Assembly: GCA_038209745.1 (NCBI GenBank)
Contig: JBBQXJ010000025.1
Coordinates: 1 to 55,936, forward strand
From: Verrucomicrobiota bacterium
GTDB taxonomy: Bacteria; Verrucomicrobiota; Verrucomicrobiia; Limisphaerales; CANJSG01
Direction: 5' to 3'
DNA: 55,936 nucleotides
The position numbers were made by a program, and so were the translations under genes. The number at the start of each line of letters is the position of its first letter. The stretch's first letter is position 1. The notes below the pieces were generated by a model that was given only the letters and a program-made list of their open reading frames with translations, ran no database searches and was not told the DNA's origin. Of the stretch, positions 48,401-55,936 are shown piece after piece.

Positions 48401-49561
48401 TCACGGCAGCGTCTGCACCTCGACCGAATAGACGGCCGGCAGGTCGCGGACGATGGCGTCCCAGGTGTTGCCGCCGTCGGGCGAGCAGTAGACTTGGCCA
48501 CCGGTGGTCCCGAAGTAGATGCCGCAGTCGTCCAATGAATCCACCGCCATCGCGTCACGGAGGACGTTCACGTAGCAGTTCTGCTGCGGAAGGCCTTTGG
48601 TCAACGGCTCCCATTCGTTGCCGCCGGTCTTGCTGCGGTAGACGCGCAGTTTGCCGTCGGGCGGGAAGTGCTCGGAGTCGCTCTTGATCGGGACGACGTA
48701 GATCGTCTCGGGATCGTGGGCGTGGACGTCGATGGGGAAGCCGAAGTCGCTGGGCAGATTGCCGCTGACTTCGCTCCAGAGGTCGCCGGCGTTGTCGCTG
48801 CGCATGATGTCCCAGTGCTTCTGCATGTAGAGCACGCCGGGACGCGACTTGTGCATGGCGATGCGGTGGACGCAGTGGCCGACCTCGGCGTCGGGATCGG
48901 GCAGCTCGTAGTTGGACTTCAATCCCTTGTTGATCGGCTTCCAGGACAGGCCGCCGTCGTCCGTGCGAAACGCTCCGGCGGCGGAGATGGCGATGTAGAT
49001 CCGGTTCGGGTTGGTCGGATCGAGGACGATGGTGTGGAGTCCCATGCCGCCGGCGCCGGGTTGCCAGAGCGCGCCTTTGACGGAGCGCAGGGTCGGCAGC
49101 TCCTTCCAGGACTTCCCGCCGTCGGTGGTCTTGAACAGGGCCGCGTCTTCCGCGCCGGCATAGACCGTGTCGTGATCGGTCAGCGAGGGTTCGAGGTGCC
49201 AGATGCGCTTGAACTCCCACGGGTGCTGCGAGCCGTCATACCACTTGTGGGTGCCGACCTCGCCCTCGTAGATGAACTTGTTGCTCTGGCCGGACGGGAA
49301 TTCGCCGGGCCCGGGCATCGTCTCGCCTCCGGGCGTGTTCCAGGTCTTGCCGCCGTCGTCCGACCGCTGGATCAACTGGCCGAACCATCCGCTCGACTGC
49401 GAGGCGTAGATGCGGTCCGGATCCACGGGTGAACCCTTCAGGTGATATATCTCCCAGCCGGCGAAATGCGGGCCGTCGACCTGCCAGTTCCTGCGCGCGC
49501 CGTCGGCGGTCAAGATGAACGCGCCCTTCTTCGTGCCGACCAATACTCGGACCTTGCTCAT
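48401..49561 (-). CDS. BNR/Asp-box beta-propeller protein ('exo-alpha-sialidase'-annotated family)
   Basis: Repeated Asp boxes [32 protein letters not shown] and SPDGGNTW; no signal peptide. Confidence 0.9.
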   Translation of the reverse strand: MSKVRVLVGTKKGAFILTADGARRNWQVDGPHFAGWEIYHLKGSPVDPDRIYASQSSGWFGQLIQRSDDGGKTWNTPGGETMPGPGEFPSGQSNKFIYEGEVGTHKWYDGSQHPWEFKRIWHLEPSLTDHDTVYAGAEDAALFKTTDGGKSWKELPTLRSVKGALWQPGAGGMGLHTIVLDPTNPNRIYIAISAAGAFRTDDGGLSWKPINKGLKSNYELPDPDAEVGHCVHRIAMHKSRPGVLYMQKHWDIMRSDNAGDLWSEVSGNLPSDFGFPIDVHAHDPETIYVVPIKSDSEHFPPDGKLRVYRSKTGGNEWEPLTKGLPQQNCYVNVLRDAMAVDSLDDCGIYFGTTGGQVYCSPDGGNTWDAIVRDLPAVYSVEVQTLP

Positions 49562-49631
49562 GGTGTCTCCTTTTTGGGTTTGTGCCTGCTGTTTTTAAAG
49601 TTCCCCTGAACCGTGGTGATCTGCGGCGGTT

Positions 49632-50020
49632 CTACTCCTGTGCGGCCGCTTGGCGCAACCCGGCGATGTCCATCTTCACCATCTTCATCTTGGCCGGGAA
49701 GACGTGCTGTGATTTCGCCGGATGGGGATCGCCCATCAATTCGCCGAGCGCGGTGGGCACCCTCTGCCAGGGAAGGCCGAACTTGTCCTTGAGCCAGCCG
49801 CACTGCCGGCGTGTCGCAGCGGACGACGAACGACACGGCCTCGTTGAACTTGAAGTGCGGGCCATCTTTGCGCGCCATGAACTCCTGGCCTGCGATCCGG
49901 AAGTTCACGATCATCGGCGAGACGCCCGTGACTTGGGCGCCCGGGAAGATTGTGACGTGGAACTTGGCGGCGGCTTCGGCCCGGTCGTTGAACCAGAGGA
50001 ACGGGTCGATCTGGGGAGTG
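49632..50020 (-). pseudogene. VOC (3-demethylubiquinone-9 3-methyltransferase-like) pseudogene
   Basis: PFLWFNDRAEAAAKF..FKFNEAVSFVVRCDT, then a deletion/frameshift to QCGWLKDKFGLPWQ; no valid start codon. Confidence 0.85.
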
Positions 50021-50058
50021 CGTAGCGGCAGCGCGGCTCCACTTTGACGGGAGAATGG

Positions 50059-51555
50059 TCAGGCTTGTTTGACGGGTTTTTTGGGGATCGCGCAGAGCGC
50101 GGAGAAGGTGAAGAGGCCGTTCAGCACCAGCAGTTCGTTGCCGAAACTGTAGCCGCCGAACCACGCCTTCGAATTCTGGTCGAGGAACCAGCAGATCACC
50201 GGCGCGACCAGGCAGGCCAACGGCGTGAGCACCGGATGCAGCTCCGCCGACACCGCTTCAGCCCCGGGTTTCCTGGCCTGGAGTCCTCGCATCAGCGCGA
50301 AGGCGAACAGGCCGAGCAGCGGACCGTAGGTGTAGTTGGCGACCTTCAGGATGATGCCGATGACGGCACGGTCCGCCACGGCCTCCATCACGAGGATGGT
50401 CAGGAGAAGAAGGACGGCGAAGACGATGTGGAAGATGTGCCGGAGCTTGGTCTTCCGTTCCTCGGTCATGGTCGTGTCCCGCTCCCAGCCGAGGATGTCG
50501 ATGCAGAAGGAAGTGGTCAGCGTGGTCAGCACCGAGTCGGCGCTGGAGAAGGTGGCGGCGGTCAATCCGAGGATGAAGACGATGCCGGCGGCGGCGCCGA
50601 GGTGCTGCAGCGCGAGCAGGGGGAAAAGGTGGTCGGTCTGGTCCGGCACGGCGATGCCCTTGGCCTGCGCGTATTGGAAGAGCAGCACGCCGAGGCCGAG
50701 GAACATCAGGTTGACGCCCACCACCACGATGCCGAACCAGCGGATGTTCTTCTGGGCCTCGCCGAGCGAGCGGCAGCTTAGGTTCTTCTGCATCATGTTC
50801 TGGTCGAGACCTGTCATGCAGATGGCGATGAAGGCGCCGCCGAGGAACTGTTTGGGGAAGAAGTTCGCCGCTCTCCAGTCCCAGAAGAACGTCTTGGACA
50901 TGTCGCTGGCGGCGATCTTCCGGATCATTTCGGCCGGTCCCAGATCCAGCTGCTGCGAGATGAACACGACCGAGAGCCCGACGCCGAGCAGGAGGAACGC
51001 CGACTGGAAGGTGTCCGTCCAGACCAGCGTCTTGATGCCGCCTTTATAGGTGTAGGCGAGGATCAGGAGGATGATCAGCGAGACCGTCACGGCGAAGGGA
51101 ACGTGCCAGCGGTCGAAGACGAAGAGCTGGATGACGCCGACCGCCAGATAGAGACGCGCCGCCGCACCGAGCATGCGGGACAGAAGGAAAAAGGCCGAAC
51201 CGGTGCGTTGCGCCGTCGGCCCGAGACGACGGCCGAGAACCGTGTAGATCGAGGTCAGGTTCATCCGGTAGAAGACCGGCAGCAGCACCTCGGAGATGAC
51301 GAAGTAGCCGACCACGTAGCCGAGCACCACTTGGAGATAGCTGAACTGCGCCGTGGCCACCGTGCCCGGCACCGAGATGAAGGTGACGCCGGAGAGCGAG
51401 TCGCCGATCAGCCCGAAAGCGACCGCGTACCAGGGCGACGCTTTGTTGCCGAGGAAGTACCCCGAGTTGCCCGCGCCGCGACTGGTGAACCAGGCGATCA
51501 ACAGCAAACAAAAGAAGTAGGCGGCGATACAGGCGAGAATCAGCAGGGGCGACAT
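50059..51555 (-). CDS. Sodium:solute symporter (SSS)
   Basis: YFLGNK.SPW, SGVTFISVPG, GGIKTLVWTD, GLDQNMMQK and SSADS motifs. Confidence 0.93.
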   Translation of the reverse strand: MSPLLILACIAAYFFCLLLIAWFTSRGAGNSGYFLGNKASPWYAVAFGLIGDSLSGVTFISVPGTVATAQFSYLQVVLGYVVGYFVISEVLLPVFYRMNLTSIYTVLGRRLGPTAQRTGSAFFLLSRMLGAAARLYLAVGVIQLFVFDRWHVPFAVTVSLIILLILAYTYKGGIKTLVWTDTFQSAFLLLGVGLSVVFISQQLDLGPAEMIRKIAASDMSKTFFWDWRAANFFPKQFLGGAFIAICMTGLDQNMMQKNLSCRSLGEAQKNIRWFGIVVVGVNLMFLGLGVLLFQYAQAKGIAVPDQTDHLFPLLALQHLGAAAGIVFILGLTAATFSSADSVLTTLTTSFCIDILGWERDTTMTEERKTKLRHIFHIVFAVLLLLTILVMEAVADRAVIGIILKVANYTYGPLLGLFAFALMRGLQARKPGAEAVSAELHPVLTPLACLVAPVICWFLDQNSKAWFGGYSFGNELLVLNGLFTFSALCAIPKKPVKQA

Positions 51556-51693
51556 CGTTCTAATAAGGGCATCGCCTCAAAATCCGCGCCTTCGTGCAAG
51601 CCCGCGCGCGCCCCCGTTCTGGGGTGGCGCAGGCATGACCATGAAATGCGCGCCAGGTTCCCATGCTTGAAAGCCGGTTCTTCGGCGCTTCTT

Positions 51694-52758
51694 CTACTTC
51701 TTCGGCACGATGGGTCCGATGTAGTCGGTGGCCACGACCACGTCGTCGAACTGGACGCGGATGCGATGGCCGGCGGGTTTCTCGGTGTAGACGTAGAGCC
51801 AAAGGAAATTGACGTTCAACTCCGGGACGGTCCTCCAACGGAAGCCCTCGAAGGGCGCGCCTCCGGACGGGGTCTCGAAGTGTTCGCGGTCTCCCTTCTC
51901 CTCGTTCCAGCGGAGGCCGGGTCCGCCTTGGCCAGGGTAGAAGCGGTCGAACTGCCAAACGCCTTTCGGGAAGTTTTTGCCCAGATGGGAGACCGGTTTG
52001 CCGTCGATCCAGAGCGCTTGTTCACCATCGTCTTCGCCCACGGTGTTCATGCGGATCATCTGCTCGACGCAGGTCCAGCGGCCCCTCACGACCTTGAGGT
52101 TCGGGTCCTGGATGAAGCTGTTGCCCCAGGTCTGGCCTCGCGGTGGACTGCCGCGCATCTCGCTCCAGTAGGTGTAGAAGTCCCAGGTCCAGGATTTGCC
52201 GAACGGCTCGATGCCGGACCAGAAAGACATGGCGCCGTCGGTCGGGCAACCGGCCTTGACCATCGGCCACCGGGAGGCGGGATTGTTGCCGCCCAGGCAG
52301 GTGCCGAAGTGGTGGAGCTCGCCGGAGTCGGCCGCGAATTTCACGTAGCAGCGGGCGAAGACGCGGTCGTAGCCGAAGCCTCCGGCCTTGTTCGCCAACC
52401 GGCGGTAGAGCGCGCCGCCGGGCCCCTCTTGCCGGTCCATCAGCAGCGACCGCTGCCCCGCGCTGCCGGTCGGGATGTCGTTGGTGAACGACATCGACGC
52501 GACGTCCGTGACCGCCTCCCAGCGCTTCGCCATCGCCGCCGTTCCAGCCTCCTCGAAATCCTCCACGAAGATCACGCGAGGATCTTCGGCCAGGCCGATG
52601 TCGCCAGGATGGGCCGCGGCGATTCCCGGGCCGAAGCCAGGGTAACCCCGGGACGAGGAGGATTCCGCGCCATGAACGACCGAGAGCAGCGGTGGCGCGA
52701 GGAGCCCGGCGAAAGAAAACACGGCCACGGCATATCGGGGCGAAGAAAGCAGGTTCAT
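51694..52758 (-). CDS. Secreted hypothetical protein, possibly with a polysaccharide-lyase-like jelly-roll fold
   Basis: Signal peptide, VIFVEDFE, GRWTCVEQMIRMNT..DGEQALWIDG and FDDVVVAT motifs. Confidence 0.75.
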   Translation of the reverse strand: MNLLSSPRYAVAVFSFAGLLAPPLLSVVHGAESSSSRGYPGFGPGIAAAHPGDIGLAEDPRVIFVEDFEEAGTAAMAKRWEAVTDVASMSFTNDIPTGSAGQRSLLMDRQEGPGGALYRRLANKAGGFGYDRVFARCYVKFAADSGELHHFGTCLGGNNPASRWPMVKAGCPTDGAMSFWSGIEPFGKSWTWDFYTYWSEMRGSPPRGQTWGNSFIQDPNLKVVRGRWTCVEQMIRMNTVGEDDGEQALWIDGKPVSHLGKNFPKGVWQFDRFYPGQGGPGLRWNEEKGDREHFETPSGGAPFEGFRWRTVPELNVNFLWLYVYTEKPAGHRIRVQFDDVVVATDYIGPIVPKK

Positions 52759-52924
52759 GGGCAGGGACTTCAGGTGACGAATTTAGGTTATGTCCCTAGA
52801 AATGCCCGGGCAACTGTTCCTCCCCGGCATGGAGACAATCCTCAAAAGCGGGGGCTGAGATTCTGGGAAGCAGACGTCCGGACGGGTGTTGACCTCGGTC
52901 GTGGATGGCGTCTGATACAGCTCC

Positions 52925-54127
52925 ATGAAGACGATTTTTGGCCGGAGACTTTCCCGCGCAGTCCAAAACACCCTGGTCATCGCCCTGGGCTGCTTGGCGG
53001 CCCTTTCGCGCGCGGCCGATGTCGTTGCGCCTGCCCCGGCCGAGACTCCGGCCAAGTCCGATGCGGACCGCGAGCATGACGCGCTTTGGGCGGGTTATCG
53101 GGAAAAACTCCCCGAAGAGGTCACACCCAAGGACCGGAAGTATTGGGAGAGCATGGACCGGAAACTCACGCGATTCGCCGAACAGGGACTGGCCTTTGCC
53201 AAGAACCATCCGGACGACCCGCGGCGCTGGGAAGCCATCGTCCAGATGGGCTACACCGCGCCGATCTATTGGAAGGGGTTCAAGCCGGAGTTCGACGCCG
53301 ATCCGGGCTATCAGAACGTCGAACTCGACGAGGCCGCCGCCAAGGCGTTCCGCGCCCAACATGTGGCGCGGATGGTGGAGGTCTGCGAAGGCGAAGACCC
53401 GAGCGATCGCCAACGATTCGGGGCCTACCAGTGGCTGACCCTCCAGGCCCGCAGCGGGGTCGGCGAGTCCGGCGGCAAACCGGATCTCTCCGTTCTCGCG
53501 CCGTTGACCGACCGGTTGCTCGCCAAGTTTCCGGACGAAAAAGGAGCCACCGTCGCGGGCATCTACCTCGACTTTTTGGAGCCGATCGATCCCGGGGCCG
53601 CCACGGCGTTTTCGAACAAGATCAAGACCACCCCGGTCGGCGCCGCGATCGTCGCGAAGAAAGAAAAGGAAGCCGCGGAGAAACAGCGCGTCGCCGACCT
53701 CCGCGAAACGGAGATAGGCCGGATCAAGTTCACGGCGGTGGACGGTCGTGAAGTCGACATCGCCAAACTCCGAGGCAAGGTCGTGCTGATCGACTTTTGG
53801 GCGACCTGGTGCGGCCCCTGTATCGGGGAGATTCCGAACGTCGTGGCCAACTACAAAAAGTATCACGACCGGGGCTTCGAGGTCATCGGAATCACTTTGG
53901 AGTCCGATGTCGACGATAAGAAGAAGATGGTCGATTTCACCACGAAGCACGGGATGGTCTGGCCCCAATACTTCGATGGCAAAGGCTGGCAGAACGACCT
54001 GGGCCGCAAGTTCGGCATCAACGCCATTCCGGCGATGTTCCTGTTGGACAAGGAAGGCAAGATCGCCTCGGACGAGGCCCGGGGCGAAAAGCTGGAAACC
54101 GAGATCAAGCGACTACTGGGGCTTTGA
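52925..54127 (+). CDS. TlpA-family thiol-disulfide oxidoreductase
   Basis: Signal peptide and GKVVLIDFWATWCGPC. Confidence 0.92.
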   Translation: MKTIFGRRLSRAVQNTLVIALGCLAALSRAADVVAPAPAETPAKSDADREHDALWAGYREKLPEEVTPKDRKYWESMDRKLTRFAEQGLAFAKNHPDDPRRWEAIVQMGYTAPIYWKGFKPEFDADPGYQNVELDEAAAKAFRAQHVARMVEVCEGEDPSDRQRFGAYQWLTLQARSGVGESGGKPDLSVLAPLTDRLLAKFPDEKGATVAGIYLDFLEPIDPGAATAFSNKIKTTPVGAAIVAKKEKEAAEKQRVADLRETEIGRIKFTAVDGREVDIAKLRGKVVLIDFWATWCGPCIGEIPNVVANYKKYHDRGFEVIGITLESDVDDKKKMVDFTTKHGMVWPQYFDGKGWQNDLGRKFGINAIPAMFLLDKEGKIASDEARGEKLETEIKRLLGL

Positions 54128-54225
54128 GCCGCTGGACCTCGCTTCGCGGAGAACGGGGTTCGTCGCCATTCCATTCTCGGAGAGAACAGTGGCAGGCAAG
54201 CCGGTGTGAAGGGATTCAAGATGGT

Positions 54226-55798
54226 TCAGGGAACGACCCTCAGCCTCCAATAGCGGCTGCCCTCCGTTGCTCGAATCAGACGATTCTGGCGGACGCCGTC
54301 GCCGGCCAATACGGCTCCATGCGGCTGCCAATTAAGCAGATCGCTGGACACCTCCAGTTGGTAGTTCACCCCGATCAAGGTCGCGAACTCGACGTCCACC
54401 GCCGGGTAGATGGTCAAAGCCCCTGTCGGAATGCTGGCGGCGCTGGTCGGGTCGCTACCGAACTGGGTCTCGATACCGTCACTGTAGCCGTCCCCGTCCG
54501 TGTCCGCCTTTAGCGGGTCTGTAGGATAGCCATACTCCAGCATGTAAATCTGGCTGACATTATCCCTATTATCATTCCAAAACAATTTACTACCAGGAAG
54601 GTCATAGAAGCGAGCCTCCAAGTAATTCTCCGTTGGGAGGTGATTGGGTTCGTTGACAGCCCAATTGGTATAGGTAAATGGCTCTCCCGTAATCCACTTC
54701 CAACTCCCTTCGGTAACCTCGTCTGTGCCCCCGACCCAATAAGAAGCGTTTGGGGATCTGGACAAGACAAGAGCCTGTTCCCGTTCGCTGGTGATCGTCA
54801 CGAGATGCCCGCCTCGGCGCTCGGCGTCCGCCTTGGCCGCTTTCCAAGTGAATAGGTTGGTTACGATCGAGTAGCGCAGGCCTCCAGCTTCCCATCCATC
54901 GCTCAACCCGTCCCCATCGGTGTCCGTCATGTTTGGGTTGGTGCCCAGCAGTAGTTCCTCGTAGTCGCTCAGCCCATCTCCGTCGCTGTCCGTGACACGC
55001 ACCGTGATCGACGCCTCGGCGCTGATCGTGACCCCGTATGCGTTTCTAACCAACACCTTATACGCGCCGTTCGTCGATGGTCGAATGCCGTCCAGCACAA
55101 GACTGCTCTGGATCGCAGTCGGGATATTCCTACGGTTGAATTGCCACTGGTAGCTCAAGGCTGCTGGGCCCGTGGCGACCACGCTTAGGATGGCTTGGGA
55201 TCCTTCGACTGGCGTCAGGCCCACTGGTTGAACCAAGATGGTTGGCGGCGAGTTTAAATTGACCCGCACGGTGGCCGAATCGCTGATCACCGTTCCCGCC
55301 ATGTTGCTTACAATGACCCGATATTGATAGTTACCCACGAGAACGTTGCTGATCGTCAACGAGACCTTGTTCGCCCCCGGGATGTTTTGTTCGTTCATCT
55401 GCCACTGGTAGTTGTAGGTTCCTACATTCTGGAGACCCACCGAAAGGGTCACGTTCGAGCCCTCGTAGACCGTCAAGGTCTGCGGTTGCAGGGTGATGAC
55501 CGGGGAGGCGGAAGGGTCTTCGTAGTCGTAAAGAGCCTTTATCTCGTCGTCAGGTAGAGCGCGGTTGTAGATGCGAAAATCGTCGATTGCCCCGCTGAAA
55601 AAGGTGCCCCCTGGATACGGCACAAATCCTCCGATATACCATTTCCCTTGAGGACGGGAATAGTTTGTGATCGATGGCGGCATAGAGTTTATTCGGTTTC
55701 CGTCGAGAAAGAAATGGCAGTCGTCATTTGTTCCAAACGCCAGCGAAAACTGATGCCAGTTCGTAGATGATGAAACAGGCGAGAACAGGCTCCAAACG
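54226..55798 (-). pseudogene. LamG - Ig x2 - DxDxDG repeats - C-type lectin surface protein, 5'-truncated by an IS
   Basis: FSGAIDDFRIYNRAL (LamG end), YQWQ Ig domains, DSDGDGLSD repeats and YWVGG..WITGE..YTNW..EPN (CLECT). Begins mid-LamG at the IS end; lower GC. Confidence 0.8.
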
Positions 55799-55936
55799 CA
55801 TCGGCGTCCGAAGGCGGGTGTCATGATGCGGCGTAGAGGGAGGCGAGGCGTGGCACGGCGAGGGCTTCCGTGAGCCGGTCGCGCAGGGCGTGGCGGAGCC
55901 AGCGGAGGAACTTCACGCTGCGCTGGGTGGCCCGCC
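55799..55936 (-). mobile_element. IS end with a transposase C-terminus (probably IS4 family); runs off the window
   Basis: Minus-strand frame RATQRSVKFLRWLRHALRDRLTEALAVPRLASLYAAS* (stop at 55821-55823), then CGGACGCCGATG, which resembles IS4-type termini. There is an abrupt GC shift at 55799. Confidence 0.6.

Noticed and set aside
1..55936. tRNA/rRNA genes, including a tRNA att site by the integrase
   Set aside because: No cloverleaf/T-loop or rRNA signatures recognised by eye; tRNAscan-SE/Infernal would confirm.

Overview
High-GC bacterial chromosomal segment. Gene content and repeat style point to Verrucomicrobiota (inferred). Both ends run into insertion sequences, so these are probably contig ends: a decayed IS256 on the left and the 3' end of a probable IS4-family element on the right. 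From left to right: (1) a mosaic integrative-element remnant (about 450-2800) with iteron-like repeats and a tyrosine integrase whose 5' end abuts the 3' fragment of an H-X9-DG prepilin-type gene; (2) ubiD, DUF2254, an esterase, a sulfatase remnant, a nucleotide-sugar dehydrogenase and sppA; (3) a sigma54-type stress module (CsbD-like, DUF1328, lmo0937-like, Zn-peptidase, two hybrid kinases, NtrC-type regulator); (4) trpS, a CII-like gene, a HAD hydrolase, oppBCDF, SUFU and a Gfo/Idh/MocA oxidoreductase; (5) a czcICBA-like heavy-metal efflux operon containing a REP-associated tyrosine transposase (RAYT); (6) a RelE-like gene, ruvCA and kdsAC-lptA-like-lptB-hprK with a three-gene insert; (7) a VOC / beta-propeller / MoaD / SRPBCC cluster, an SSS transporter, TlpA and an IS-truncated LamG-Ig-lectin protein. 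The most notable signals are REP/REPIN palindromes of several classes translated in frame inside membrane-protein genes next to a RAYT, and the integrase/prepilin-gene junction. All family assignments come from motif recognition, not database searches.
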